Origin: an uncultured Syntrophaceae bacterium
GTDB taxonomy: Bacteria > Desulfobacterota > Syntrophia > Syntrophales > PHBD01
Reading direction: 5' to 3'
DNA length: 64,000 bases
NCBI GenBank assembly: GCA_964578535.1
Contig: CAZODI010000002.1
Span: 12,177 to 76,176 of the forward strand
The notes under the pieces were generated by a model. That model searched no databases, had not been told where the DNA came from, and saw nothing but the letters and a program-made list of their open reading frames with translations. How positions within the stretch are numbered: the stretch's first letter is position 1; each line of letters begins with the position of its first letter. Shown here piece by piece: positions 17,501 through 27,613 of this stretch. The translations under genes were made by a program, and so were the position numbers.

Positions 17501-17920
17501 TCAGAACCCGAGGGCCAGGCGGATCTCGTCGGGGATGGAGAAGAGGATCTCCATCTCCGGCGCCTTCACCGCCACCTGCTCCGTCCGGCCGCGGGTGCAG
17601 ACCTGGCCGTCCGCCGCCAGGCGGATCTCGAAGTCGAAGACGAGCTTGAAGCGGGCCTCCCGGACGGTGGCCCGGCAGATGAATTCATCCTGGTAGCGGA
17701 GCGGGAGGATATGCTTCGTGGAGGTCCGGATGATGGGAAAAACGATGCCGGTGCGTCTGTAGATCTCGTAGAGGTCGATTCCGCGGGAGCCCAGCAGGGC
17801 GACGCGGGCGTCCTCGAAATAGTTCATGTAGTTGCCGTGCCAGACCACCTGGATGGGGTCCAGGTCGTAGAAGGGGACCCGGCGGGTGATCTCGAAGCGG
17901 ACAGGCTCTTTGCTTTCCAT
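17501..17920 (-). CDS. 4HBT/YbgC-type hotdog acyl-(ACP/CoA) thioesterase
   Basis: 139 aa. YDLDPIQVVWHGNYMNYFEDARVALL is the 4HBT-type catalytic Asp region. Confidence 0.75.
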   Translation of the reverse strand: MESKEPVRFEITRRVPFYDLDPIQVVWHGNYMNYFEDARVALLGSRGIDLYEIYRRTGIVFPIIRTSTKHILPLRYQDEFICRATVREARFKLVFDFEIRLAADGQVCTRGRTEQVAVKAPEMEILFSIPDEIRLALGF

Positions 17921-17945
17921 TTGCTTTCCTTGCCGTTCCGGCGGG

Positions 17946-19499
17946 TTATGCCGGTGGGGCGGAGCGAGTGATGAAGGCGGCTACGGCCTCGATGTCCCGG
18001 TCCATTTCCCGGTCTTCCAGGACGGCCGGGGAGAGGCGGCGGACCGCACGGACCCACCGGGCCAGCCGGGGCCGGATGTTTGCGCCGCCGCGGATCTCGC
18101 AGGCCTGGACCGCCGCCAGGAGGTGGATGGCCGCCGCCCGCTCGGCGAGGGTGCAGACTCGCTCGGCGTCACGGGCTGCGATCGTGCCCATGCTCACCTT
18201 GTCCTGGTTGTTCGATTCTGTCGGCCGTGAGAAGGACCCCGCCGGCATGGTCAGTTTCAGGGCCTCCGCCGCCAGGGCCGAAATGGAGAGGGACAGGGCC
18301 TTGAAGCCGTGGCGAAGCAGGCTTTCGCGACCGTTGGCCCGGACCAGGTCCGCCGGCAGGCCTCGATTGGTATGGGGGTCCACCAGCAGGGCCACCTGCC
18401 GGTCCGACAGGTCCGCCACCGAGGCGACGGCCGTCTTGAGGGCGTCCGCGGCGAAGGCGATGTGGCCGCCGTAGAAGTTGCCGCTCATGACGGGGGGGCC
18501 GCCGGCGGGATCGAAAATCGGGTTGTCGTTGGCGCTGTTGGCCTCAATCTCGATCCACGGAACGACCCAGGCCAGGGCGTCGGCCAGGACGCCGGCCACC
18601 TGCGGAACGCAGCGGACCGAGTAGGGGTCCTGGAGGGTCTCCGGTGCATCCGCTTCTCCGGGCAACGTGCCGGTCTTCGTTTCCAGGAGCTCCCGGAGGC
18701 GCCGGGCCACCTCGACCTGGCCGGGATGGGGCTTCGCCTCCCCGGCGGCAGGGTGGAAGTGGGAGGCCTTGCCGCGGAGGGCATGGACCGTGAGTGCCGT
18801 CGCCCCGACCACGGCGTCGAGGATCCGCCGGGCCCGGTCGGCCGCCAGGACGGCGATGCCCGTCATGGTGGCGGTGCCGTTCATCAGGGACAGGGCTTCC
18901 TTCGACTCGAAGGCATAGGCAGGGAATCCGGCTTCCCGGATCGCAAGCGCGGCGGGCATCCGGACGCCGCGGTAAAAGACCTCCCGCTCGCCGATCAAGG
19001 CGGCGGCGACGTACGACATGGGCGTGAGGTCTCCCGAGGCCCCGACGGAGCCTTCACAGGGGACAACCGGCGTGATCCCCTCGTTCAGGAAGCGGGCCAT
19101 CCGCTCCAGGAGCGCCACCGATACCCCCGAGTATCCCCGGGCCAGGCCGATCATGCGGCAGAGCATCGCCGCCCGGGTCGCCTCGATCCCGATGGGCTCG
19201 CCGGTGCCGCAGCCGTGAAAATAGAGGGGGCTGCTGCCGCCGTTCTTCAGGACCTCCTGCCGGGAGAGACGCTTTCCGCAGGAGCGGCCGAACCCCGTGG
19301 TGACCCCGTAAACCGGGACATTGTCCCGGATGGCGTCCGCCAGGAGCCGGCGGGACCGCTCCATGGACCGGCGAAAGTCCCGCCCCGTTCCGATCCGAAC
19401 CTCCCGGCCGTCCACGGCGACCGCCACGATGTCTTCCATCGAAACCGGTTGTCCGTCGATGATGAGTGGTTTTGTCAATTGTTTCAAATTGTTCTTCAT
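17946..19499 (-). CDS. aromatic amino acid ammonia-lyase (HAL/TAL/PAL family, MIO-forming Ala-Ser-Gly present)
   Basis: GSVGASGDLTPMS carries the MIO triad, with YGVTTGFG, NGTA and ANSANDNP also present. The start is trimmed to MKNNLKQL (19499). The longer track ORF (to 20432) overlaps the next gene in another frame. Confidence 0.85.
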   Translation of the reverse strand: MKNNLKQLTKPLIIDGQPVSMEDIVAVAVDGREVRIGTGRDFRRSMERSRRLLADAIRDNVPVYGVTTGFGRSCGKRLSRQEVLKNGGSSPLYFHGCGTGEPIGIEATRAAMLCRMIGLARGYSGVSVALLERMARFLNEGITPVVPCEGSVGASGDLTPMSYVAAALIGEREVFYRGVRMPAALAIREAGFPAYAFESKEALSLMNGTATMTGIAVLAADRARRILDAVVGATALTVHALRGKASHFHPAAGEAKPHPGQVEVARRLRELLETKTGTLPGEADAPETLQDPYSVRCVPQVAGVLADALAWVVPWIEIEANSANDNPIFDPAGGPPVMSGNFYGGHIAFAADALKTAVASVADLSDRQVALLVDPHTNRGLPADLVRANGRESLLRHGFKALSLSISALAAEALKLTMPAGSFSRPTESNNQDKVSMGTIAARDAERVCTLAERAAAIHLLAAVQACEIRGGANIRPRLARWVRAVRRLSPAVLEDREMDRDIEAVAAFITRSAPPA

Positions 19500-19561
19500 T
19501 GTTTTACGGACCCGCGCCCAGGCGCGGCGAAGGGGTTTCTTACCGGATGGGGTTTCATCCG

Positions 19562-20854
19562 TCAACCCTTTGTTGTCCCTTCCTCTCCGGACCTCTCCCC
19601 GCGGCGGCCGAACCTGGATTCCATCAGGTCCCGCCTGCGCCGGCGGTACGTGCCGTCTCGATGCTCCTTTTCGCTCACCTTTTTCAGGAGCTTGAACATC
19701 TTGTAGGTCTGGGGCTCGTCCCGGTAAAACGTGTCCCAGGCGTAGTGGAACAGCTCCTGGAGCTTCTCCGGCGACAGGTTCCGGGGCTGGAAGACGACCT
19801 TGTCGGCGGTGTAGTCGTTCCAGTCGTAGGACAGGATCCTCCCCTCCCGATGGAGGTCGTCGAACGTCCGGGTGTGGGGGAACGGAGTCAGGACGGTGAA
19901 TTCCGCCAGGTCCAGCTCGATCTCCATCAGGAAGTCGATGAGCCGCCGGATGCTGTCTTCCGTGTGATTGTCCAGGCCCAGGAGAATCGTCCCCTCGACG
20001 CCGATTCCGTGGTCGTGGTAGCGGCGGATGCGGTCCCGGATCGTGTCTGAGGTGTCGAAGACGGCCTGGTAGACGTACCAGGCCCCCGCCCGGGCGGCCA
20101 GATCCAGGATCTCCGGGTCGTCCTCGATGGGGTGGCTGCACCAGCTCTTCTTGAGGGGGATCATGGCCCGGAAGAGGTCCTTTTCCCACCGGCTGTCCTG
20201 GGCGAGGGAGTTGTCCACCACGAACAGGCGGTTGTTGTCGATGCCGGCAATCTCCTCGACCACCCGGTCGATGGGCCGGGGCCGGAACTGCCGTCCTCCA
20301 AGGAAAGAGACGCAGCAGGGGTAGCAGTTGAACCTGCAGCCCCGGGAGGCGTGGACCAGGTCCACCATCTGGACGCCCTTGTAATTGTACAGGTCCCGCT
20401 TGAGGATATCCCGCCGGGCCGGGCCGATCCACTCCGTCGGGGGACGATTGTCGAAGAAGTCATAGATTTTCTTGAGTTTTCCCTCCAGAAAGTCCCCGAT
20501 CACCTCCTCCATCCGTCCCTCTGCTTCGCCAAGGAAAATCGAGTCGGCGTGCCCGGCCGCCTCCTCGGCATGGAGCATGGTTCCGATCCCGCCGCAGAGG
20601 ACGGGAATCCCCCGGCGGCGGTACTCGTCGGCTATCTCCCATCCCCGCTTCACCTGGCTGGTGAGCATCATGGAGATGCCGACCAGGTCGGCCCTCTCCT
20701 CCAGGTCGAGGGGCTCCACGTTTTCGTCGGTGAAGGAGACCTCGACGCCCGGCGGCAGGGCCGCGGCGAAGACCACCGGCCCATGGGGCGGCAGGTGGAA
20801 TTCCGTCTGTCCTTCCAGTTTTCTCCAGCGGGGGTAGATCAGTTTCAATTTCAT
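19562..20854 (-). CDS. B12-binding domain radical SAM protein (class B)
   Basis: An N-terminal Rossmann-like B12-binding region (DLVGISMMLTS...) is followed by ASRGCRFNCYPC (CxxxCxxC). Confidence 0.85.
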   Translation of the reverse strand: MKLKLIYPRWRKLEGQTEFHLPPHGPVVFAAALPPGVEVSFTDENVEPLDLEERADLVGISMMLTSQVKRGWEIADEYRRRGIPVLCGGIGTMLHAEEAAGHADSIFLGEAEGRMEEVIGDFLEGKLKKIYDFFDNRPPTEWIGPARRDILKRDLYNYKGVQMVDLVHASRGCRFNCYPCCVSFLGGRQFRPRPIDRVVEEIAGIDNNRLFVVDNSLAQDSRWEKDLFRAMIPLKKSWCSHPIEDDPEILDLAARAGAWYVYQAVFDTSDTIRDRIRRYHDHGIGVEGTILLGLDNHTEDSIRRLIDFLMEIELDLAEFTVLTPFPHTRTFDDLHREGRILSYDWNDYTADKVVFQPRNLSPEKLQELFHYAWDTFYRDEPQTYKMFKLLKKVSEKEHRDGTYRRRRRDLMESRFGRRGERSGEEGTTKG

Positions 20855-20888
20855 GAAGCGAATTCCTTAAACGGTTCGGTTCGTTGCG

Positions 20889-21602
20889 TCAAGGGGTGTC
20901 CCCCTCCTCTTCGTCCGGGGCGGTCTCCGGCCGGCTCTCCAGCCGGACGGGTGTCCCGGTCAGGAGGGTCAGCGTGAGCCGGTAGGGGAAGGGGCCGTGG
21001 CCCGCCAGTTCCAGCTTCTTCGACAGGCCGTGCTCGCTCAGGCCCGTTGCCGTGAGCGTCCGGGTCAGAGCTCCCTCGCGGTACAGCCGGACCTCCCACC
21101 GCTCGGGTCCCGCAAGGACCACGTCCGTGGCCGTGTCCGGATCGTTCCGGAAGCGGCAGGCGGGGCGGTTTCCCTCTTCCAGCCCCACGGTTTCCGGGAG
21201 GGCCGCCGGCGGGAAAAGGCAGAAGGTCACGTCCCGGATCAGGGAGCGGGCGAAATCCCTGTTGGTGAACGGCGAGACGGCCCGCTCGATTTCCATGGTT
21301 TCCCCTTCGACCCGGGCGGTGAAGAGGACGAAGCCCTCGAGGGTCATGAGGGTGAGGCGAAGGGTCTGCGCAGCGGGATCCGCCACGGTGATCCCGATGG
21401 CGGAGGTCGCGCTCCCGTCGGGCAGGACCGCCTGAAGGGAGTGGATCAGCCGCGTCTCCTCCCGGAGGAACGGAAGCCGGCACTCCTGCCGGGTCCGTTC
21501 GAGCGATAATCCCTCGCCGGGCCGGATGGGCGGGAGGGTGCTGCAGGAGGCCAGAAGAAACACCGCAACCGGGATAAGGACAAGGGGCCCAAGCCGCTTC
21601 AT
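20889..21602 (-). CDS. lipoprotein (APE-cluster DUF3261-like position)
   Basis: Lipobox LLASC follows a signal peptide. The protein has no enzymatic motif. Its position between the LolA-like and core genes mirrors the APE-cluster lipoprotein. The family assignment is from memory only. Confidence 0.55.
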   Translation of the reverse strand: MKRLGPLVLIPVAVFLLASCSTLPPIRPGEGLSLERTRQECRLPFLREETRLIHSLQAVLPDGSATSAIGITVADPAAQTLRLTLMTLEGFVLFTARVEGETMEIERAVSPFTNRDFARSLIRDVTFCLFPPAALPETVGLEEGNRPACRFRNDPDTATDVVLAGPERWEVRLYREGALTRTLTATGLSEHGLSKKLELAGHGPFPYRLTLTLLTGTPVRLESRPETAPDEEEGDTP

Positions 21603-22228
21603 GGGGCCGCCTCGCCGGGATCCGCGAACAGCCGCTCGGATAAAGGAAGGTTGTGCTCCGTCCGGGTGAACTCCAGCATGGTCCAGGCGTCCTTTCCTTC
21701 GACGATTTTCACGCTCCGGATGGCGCCTTTCTTCTCCGGCGAAAAGGCGATCTCGATCCGGGAGATCAGGTTCACGAGGGCCGGATCTCTCGGGACGAGG
21801 ACGACCCGGGCGGTCCTTCCCCCCTCGAGGCGGGCGGTGAACCGGGGATCGGTGTCGAAGCGCCCCTGCGTCCAGGCGGCGATCTCGTCCATCACCATCT
21901 GCATGCCCTGGAGCCGTTCGCCCGACTCGGGAACCCAGCCCTTGTCTCCATAAATATAGCGCTTGGCACTGCCCCTGTGAATCAGAAGAACGCTCCGGAC
22001 CGGTTTGGAGTACTCCCAGCGGACCGAGCCGGGGGCCTGGAAATAGAAGCGGCCCTCCGACACGAACGGCTTCGCCAGGATGGGCAGGTGTTTCTTCTGG
22101 ACGAACCGGGCCCGGATCGACCGGATCTGCCCCGCCTCCCGGCGGATCGCGTCCCAGGAATCGGCCCAGCCGGCCAGGAGGAGCGCCAGGGCCATCGTGA
22201 GCAGCGGCACCGCGACGCGGAAGCGCAT
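21599..22228 (-). CDS. LolA-like outer-membrane lipoprotein carrier family protein
   Basis: Signal peptide MRFRVAVPLLTMALALLLAG, then IRARFVQKKHLPILAKPFVSEGRFYFQAPGSVRWEY, which fits the LolA fold pattern. The start is chosen at MRFRV. Confidence 0.65.
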   Translation of the reverse strand: MRFRVAVPLLTMALALLLAGWADSWDAIRREAGQIRSIRARFVQKKHLPILAKPFVSEGRFYFQAPGSVRWEYSKPVRSVLLIHRGSAKRYIYGDKGWVPESGERLQGMQMVMDEIAAWTQGRFDTDPRFTARLEGGRTARVVLVPRDPALVNLISRIEIAFSPEKKGAIRSVKIVEGKDAWTMLEFTRTEHNLPLSERLFADPGEAAP

Positions 22229-22337
22229 TCCGCTCCTCCCGGATTCTTGAAATCTGTGCGTTTTCAAAAACATCCCAAAATGGAGGGACACCTCCTCCGG
22301 CCGGCCGGTGCCGGACATGGAAGAAGTGTCCCGTGGG

Positions 22338-23066
22338 TTAGAACATGCCGCCGTTGACCGAGATCACCTGGCCGGTGATGTACGACGCGTCCGGGGAGCA
22401 TAGAAAGCGGACCACGTTTGCCACCTCCTCGGGGCGCCCGATGCGGTTCATGGGAATGATGTCCTTGATGCGGTCCACCGGGGCGTGGGCGATCATCTCC
22501 GTCTCGATCAGGCCCGGGGCGACCACGTTGACCCGGATGCCCAGGCGGGCCACCTCCGCGGACAGGGAACGGCTGGCGGCAATGAGGCCCGACTTGGCGG
22601 CCGAGTAGTTTACCTGCCCGCGGTTGGGGACCAGGGCCGCCACCGAGGAAACGGACACGATGGACCCGGACCGGCTCCGGGCCATCTTCCGGAGGACCGG
22701 CTTGGTCATGTTGTAGAAGCCCTTCAGGGTCGTCTGCAGGACCCGGTCCCAATCGTCCTCGGGCATCATCATGAACAGCCCGTCGGCGGTGACGCCGGCA
22801 TTGTTCACCAGGACGTCGATTTTCTTGTGGCGGTTCAGGATTTCCTTCATGTGCCGGTCCGTGTCGTGGCTGTCGGCGACGTCGAAGCGGACCGTCTCGC
22901 CGTCCCCGCCCGCTTCCCGGATCCGATCCAGGGTCTCCGCCGCCGCCGCGTCGTTGGACCGGTAATTCACGATCACGTAATAGCCTGTCCGGGCCAGCTC
23001 CATGGATACGGCCCGGCCGATTCCCCTGCTTCCGCCCGTTACGATGGCCACTGCGGCATCGCTCAT
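22338..23066 (-). CDS. fabG: 3-oxoacyl-ACP reductase (SDR, FabG family)
   Basis: [12 protein letters not shown] and YSAAKSG motifs are present. The start overlaps the upstream stop in an ATGA. Confidence 0.9.
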   Translation of the reverse strand: MSDAAVAIVTGGSRGIGRAVSMELARTGYYVIVNYRSNDAAAAETLDRIREAGGDGETVRFDVADSHDTDRHMKEILNRHKKIDVLVNNAGVTADGLFMMMPEDDWDRVLQTTLKGFYNMTKPVLRKMARSRSGSIVSVSSVAALVPNRGQVNYSAAKSGLIAASRSLSAEVARLGIRVNVVAPGLIETEMIAHAPVDRIKDIIPMNRIGRPEEVANVVRFLCSPDASYITGQVISVNGGMF

Positions 23067-23530
23067 GATTCCGTCTTTCCCTCCCCGTTCCCTTCTTCGC
23101 CGAAGACCTGGATCTGCACGCGGGCGAGGGTTTCCCCGCCGGTCTCCGCGATTCCCTCGAACACGCTGTAGCCTTCGATGCTGTAAAGCAGACGGACCCG
23201 CGTCTGCACGACCGACCGAAGCGGCACCTTCTCGACCAGGAAGTCGGCGCTTTTGATGCCGACGATCCAACCCAGGGAGGCGCTCTTCTTCCCCTGGCGC
23301 TTCCGCCTGGCGCCGATGCAGACCGCCGCCGACTGGGCCGTCAGCTCGATCAGGATGACCGGATCCACCCCATCGGGACCGGCCGCAGGCCAGGAGGCGG
23401 CGACCAGGGAGCGCGTGACGGCCGTCTGGTCGTCCAGGTCCACGATCTCGTCGATCAGCCGGAGGCGGTCCCGGTGCGGAATCAGGTCCTCGATCTTCAG
23501 GTCGCTGGTCTTCAGGTCTGGCATTTTCAT
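23063..23530 (-). CDS. hotdog-fold beta-hydroxyacyl-ACP dehydratase (APE ApeI/ApeP-like)
   Basis: [15 protein letters not shown] is the dehydratase His motif of FabA/FabZ-like APE dehydratases. 155 aa. Confidence 0.7.
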   Translation of the reverse strand: MKMPDLKTSDLKIEDLIPHRDRLRLIDEIVDLDDQTAVTRSLVAASWPAAGPDGVDPVILIELTAQSAAVCIGARRKRQGKKSASLGWIVGIKSADFLVEKVPLRSVVQTRVRLLYSIEGYSVFEGIAETGGETLARVQIQVFGEEGNGEGKTES

Positions 23531-23765
23531 GGGTCTTGTTCCGAATGGCCGGGTCGACTGCGGCTCCTGTTAAAGGAGATAATTCCCGGGAAGTCAAGCG
23601 GAATCCGTTCCGGCGAGCTCCACGTGCCGGACCGGATCGCTCGGGACCGGTTCTTCATCTGGAAATTCATTGACTCCCCCCCTCAGTTTTGGGTAAGAGG
23701 AGCCGTTTCTTGCCAAATCCAACCCGGGAGTCTGGATCATCGCGAATCTTTTCTCAAACAGGCGT

Positions 23766-25112
23766 TTGGAAAGCTGCCTTCGGCAGCGGTCCGGAGAAGA
23801 AGACCTGTTTCTGCCGCAGGGCGAACCGGGAAGCCTGTTTGCCCTGGCCCGGGGAATCAGGAACAGCCTTCCGCCGGGAGCCGGGCCGGGAGACATCCTC
23901 TGCCTCGCCACGGAAAGCCGCCGGCTGACCGCGGCCGCCATCCTGGCTTCCCTGACCGGCGGTCCCCGGCTGATCCTTCCCCACGCCCTCTCCGCGGCGG
24001 TGATCCGGGAGATCCATGGATGCCGCCCCCTGCTGGCAGTCCTGGCGGACGAGGCCCTGGATGTCCCCCCGGGAGTGCCCCTCCTGCGCGACGTGAAGGA
24101 GGCACCGGCGGAGGCCGCCGTCCTGGCCCGGGATGCCGACGAGCCCTTCCTCCATCTTTTTACCGGCGGATCCACCGGCAGTCCCCGTCTCTGGAGCAAG
24201 ACGCCGTCCAACCTGTTCGGCGAGGCCTTCTATCTGGCGGAGCAGTTCGGCATCGTGGGAAAGGACCGGATCCTTGCCACCGTTCCCCCCGTTCACATTT
24301 ACGGGCTCCTCTTCTCGATCCTTCTTCCCCTGGTGACGGGAGCCCGGGTCGTGGACGCCATGCCGTCTTTTCCCGGCGAGATCGCCGGGGCGCTCCGGGA
24401 GACCGGGGCGACCGTCCTGGTGAGCGTTCCCGTTCACTACCGGGTCCTCCGGACGGCTCCCCTCGACGGCCATACGCTGCGCTGCGCCTTTTCGTCGGCG
24501 GGCATGCTCGAAGCCTCCGACAGCCTGCAGTTCCACGATGAGTCGGGGGTCGGCATCACGGAGGTCTACGGATCCACGGAGACGGGGGGCATTGCCCTCC
24601 GGAACCGCTTCACCGACGGGCCCTGCTGGCATTCCTTCGGGGTTGTGGACTGGAAGATCGAGGGCGAGCTCCTGCATGTCCGCTCTCCCTTCCTGTCTCC
24701 GGAGATGGAGCGGGACGCCGACGGTTACGCCGCCACCGGGGACCGGGTCGAGGCCGCCGGGGTGTCGTCCTTCGACCTGCTGGGGAGGATGGACGGGATC
24801 GTCAAGGTGGGCGGAAAACGGGTCGATCTGCGGGAAGTCCTGGAAAAGCTGAAGGGCCTGGAGGGAGTCTCCGACGCCTACGTGACGGCCCTCCCCGTCG
24901 GAACGGGACGGCAGCAGGAAGTAGCGGCCCTCGTGGTGACGGAGCATGCTGACGACTCCCTGAAGGGCGCCCTGGAGGCGATTCTGGAGGCCCCCGCCCG
25001 GCCGAGGGTCCTGCGGACCGTTCGCCGGATCCCCGTCCTGGCCACGGGAAAGCCCGATCGCGCCCGCATCGAGGAAATCCTCCGCCACGGCGAGCCCGAT
25101 GATCGTCCTTGA
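23766..25112 (+). CDS. AMP-dependent synthetase/ligase (acyl/aryl-ACP synthetase-like)
   Basis: Adenylation core motifs FTGGSTGSPRLW, YGSTETGG, GDRV and GRMDGIVKVGGKRV are present. The TTG start at 23766 is uncertain. Confidence 0.8.
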   Translation: MESCLRQRSGEEDLFLPQGEPGSLFALARGIRNSLPPGAGPGDILCLATESRRLTAAAILASLTGGPRLILPHALSAAVIREIHGCRPLLAVLADEALDVPPGVPLLRDVKEAPAEAAVLARDADEPFLHLFTGGSTGSPRLWSKTPSNLFGEAFYLAEQFGIVGKDRILATVPPVHIYGLLFSILLPLVTGARVVDAMPSFPGEIAGALRETGATVLVSVPVHYRVLRTAPLDGHTLRCAFSSAGMLEASDSLQFHDESGVGITEVYGSTETGGIALRNRFTDGPCWHSFGVVDWKIEGELLHVRSPFLSPEMERDADGYAATGDRVEAAGVSSFDLLGRMDGIVKVGGKRVDLREVLEKLKGLEGVSDAYVTALPVGTGRQQEVAALVVTEHADDSLKGALEAILEAPARPRVLRTVRRIPVLATGKPDRARIEEILRHGEPDDRP

Positions 25113-26019
25113 GAGCCTTTCGAAATCCTACGGTCCGCAAAAGGCCCTGGACGGCCTGAACCTTACCCTCCGGGAGGGAGCCGTCACGGGTCTCCTCGGG
25201 CCGAACGGAGCCGGCAAGACGACACTGCTCTCCATCCTGTTGGGGATTCTCACGAAGGACCGCGGACGGGTCGTCGTGGGCGGGTATGATCTCGACGAGA
25301 GGCTGGAGGACGTCCGACGGATTTCCTGCCTCGTGCCCCAGAACCTGGCCTTCTACTCCGCTCTCACGGCCCGGGAGAACCTCTCCTTCTTCGGATCCCT
25401 CTGCGGCCTCTCCGGGAAGGAGCTCGGGGAGCGCATGGAGGCCGCCGTCGCCGCCGCGAGCCTGGAGTCCTTTCTCGACAAGCCGGCGGAGACCTATTCC
25501 GGAGGAATGAAACGGCGGCTCAATCTGGCCATCGGGCTCCTGGCCCGGCCCCGGGTCCTGTACCTGGACGAGCCGACGGTCGGGGTGGACGCCCAGTCCC
25601 GGACGTGGATCCTCGAGACAATCCGGCGGATCAACCGGGAGGAGGGCGTGACGGTGGTCTACGCGTCCCATTACATGGACGAAGTCGAGCAGGTGGCCGA
25701 CGATCTGGTGATCCTGGACGAGGGGCGGGCCGTCCTGGCGGGCGGCCGAGACAGGGTCCTGGCGGAGGCGGATGCCCTGGTCATGGAGGTGGCGGGGATG
25801 GATTCCGTCCTCCTGGAGCGCATCCGGAAGATCGACGGGCTCACCGTGAAGGGATCGGCCGTGATCATGGACGCCGGCCCGGGTCTGGGCGCCTCCCTGA
25901 AACGGGTCCTGATGGCCCTGGAGGGGACGGAGGCCCGGATCGCCGGGATGAAGGGCGGCAGCCGCACCCTGGAAGACCTGTTCCTGAGGCTCACCTCGCG
26001 GGCGCTGAGGGACGAATGA
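25099..26019 (+). CDS. ABC transporter ATP-binding protein
   Basis: Walker A GPNGAGKTT, signature YSGGMKRRL and Walker B LYLDEP are present. Confidence 0.9.
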   Translation: MIVLESLSKSYGPQKALDGLNLTLREGAVTGLLGPNGAGKTTLLSILLGILTKDRGRVVVGGYDLDERLEDVRRISCLVPQNLAFYSALTARENLSFFGSLCGLSGKELGERMEAAVAAASLESFLDKPAETYSGGMKRRLNLAIGLLARPRVLYLDEPTVGVDAQSRTWILETIRRINREEGVTVVYASHYMDEVEQVADDLVILDEGRAVLAGGRDRVLAEADALVMEVAGMDSVLLERIRKIDGLTVKGSAVIMDAGPGLGASLKRVLMALEGTEARIAGMKGGSRTLEDLFLRLTSRALRDE

Positions 26020-27257
26020 ACCGGATCGTCGCCATCCTTCGGAAGGAATTCCTCGTTCTCGGCCGCGACCGCGTATCGCTCGCGGTCCTGTTTTTTCTGC
26101 CCGCCGTTTTTATCCTCATCATGTCCCTGGCGATGGGGGAGCTCTTTTCCGCCCACTCCCGGGTGCGGATCCCCGTGCTGGTCGTCAACGGGGACGAGGG
26201 GCCGCGGGGCGGCGCCGTGGTGGAGATCCTGAAACAGGCCGGACCCTTCGAGATCAGGACGGGCGCCGTCGGGACGGATCCCGAAGAGGTGAAGCGTCTT
26301 CTGAAGTCGGGGGAAGTCCGGTTTGCCTGCCTCATCCGGAAGGATTTTTCCGCCGCCGTCTCCGCCCGGGACGGGGGGGAGGCGTCCGGCTCGATCCACC
26401 TGATCATGGATCCGACGGTTCACCGGCAGGCCCAGGAGCTCTTTCGCATGGCCGTGCTGGGGGCTGCCGGCAAGGCCCGCCTCGCCGCGTTCCTGGACGG
26501 AATCGGTCCGCTCCTGGACGTGGCCGGGGTGGATCGGACGTCCCTGGACGCCCGCATGGCGGCCGCCGGGGATCCGGCCGTGGCGATCTCTTATGTCGCC
26601 GGAGACGGCACGAATGGCCGGGTGCCGAACGCCGTCCAGCAGAGCGTGCCCTCCTGGATCGTCTTCGCCGTTTTCTTCATCGTGCTGCCCATCGGGAACG
26701 CCTTCATCGGCGAGCGGAACCAGGGCACCTTTTCCCGCCTCGCGGGGATGAATGTGTCGCTTGGGCTGCTCCTCATGGGAAAGACGGTTCCCTATTTCCT
26801 GGTGAACCAGATCCAGGTGGCGGCCATGCTGGCCGTCGGGGTCTGGGTCGTTCCCCTCCTGGGCGGTTTCGCCCTGACCCTGGGGAATTCCCCGGCGGGA
26901 CTGGCCCTGCTGTCGGCAAGCCTCAGCCTGTGCGCCATCGCCATGGCCCTCCTGGTTGCCGCGCTCAGCCGGACCCCGGAGCAGTCCAGCACGGTCGGGG
27001 GGATTCTGAACCTGCTCCTGGGGGCCATGGGCGGCGTCATGGTTCCCGTCTTCGTGATGCCCCCCGTTCTTCAGGCACTGTCGAGCCTGTCCCCCATGTC
27101 CTGGGGCCTCCAGGGCTACCTGGACCTCTTCCTCCGCGGCGGGGGGGTGCGGGACGTGCTGCCCGAGGCTGCGCTCCTGTTGACCGGCGCGGCGGTTCTC
27201 CTGGGGGCGGCCTTTGCCGTTCTCCGGAGTCAGGCCCGGCAGGGCGGAGTCGCGTGA
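26016..27257 (+). CDS. ABC-2 type transporter permease
   Basis: The start overlaps the ATPase stop in an ATGA. An N-terminal TM helix is followed by a large periplasmic loop and a C-terminal 5-TM bundle. Confidence 0.8.
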   Translation: MNRIVAILRKEFLVLGRDRVSLAVLFFLPAVFILIMSLAMGELFSAHSRVRIPVLVVNGDEGPRGGAVVEILKQAGPFEIRTGAVGTDPEEVKRLLKSGEVRFACLIRKDFSAAVSARDGGEASGSIHLIMDPTVHRQAQELFRMAVLGAAGKARLAAFLDGIGPLLDVAGVDRTSLDARMAAAGDPAVAISYVAGDGTNGRVPNAVQQSVPSWIVFAVFFIVLPIGNAFIGERNQGTFSRLAGMNVSLGLLLMGKTVPYFLVNQIQVAAMLAVGVWVVPLLGGFALTLGNSPAGLALLSASLSLCAIAMALLVAALSRTPEQSSTVGGILNLLLGAMGGVMVPVFVMPPVLQALSSLSPMSWGLQGYLDLFLRGGGVRDVLPEAALLLTGAAVLLGAAFAVLRSQARQGGVA

Positions 27258-27339
27258 ACAGGGTGCGGCGGGAACGGCATGCTTCAGCCGCAATACCGGA
27301 ACGGCAACTTCAGATACTGGATACAGAAGGAATGTGAGC

Positions 27340-27609
27340 ATGAAAGGATCCCTGGACGAGACCTTCAAGCGCGAACTCAAGGAACTGATCATCGAGGAGT
27401 GCGACCTGGCGGACCGCTTCCACCCCGGGGACATCCGGGACGACGAGCCCCTCTTCGGGCGGGATTCCCGCATCGGCCTGGATTCCATCGACGCCCTGCA
27501 GATCTCCATCGCCGTACAGCGGTATAACGTCAACATCACCGACAGCAAGGTCATGCGGCGCGTCATGACCTCCATCAACGCCTTTGCCGATTACATCCGG
27601 CCGGAGTAG
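27340..27609 (+). CDS. acyl carrier protein
   Basis: 89 aa with GLDSIDALQ, the phosphopantetheine Ser motif. GAAGGA lies upstream of ATG 27340. Confidence 0.8.
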   Translation: MKGSLDETFKRELKELIIEECDLADRFHPGDIRDDEPLFGRDSRIGLDSIDALQISIAVQRYNVNITDSKVMRRVMTSINAFADYIRPE

Positions 27610-27613
27610 CTCT

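Noticed and set aside
19500-20432. N-terminal 311-aa extension of the ammonia-lyase ORF (track ORF 17946..20432)
   Set aside because: The extension overlaps the B12-radical SAM gene in a different frame and is Pro/Gly/Arg-rich. The lyase family N-terminus begins at MKNNLKQL (19499).
23670-23698. TTGACT-N17-GTAAGA as the promoter for the AMP-ligase gene
   Set aside because: The -10 hexamer is very poor. A better but still modest TTGACT-N17-TTTAAC lies on the opposite strand (23597-23569). Neither is strong enough to list as a feature.
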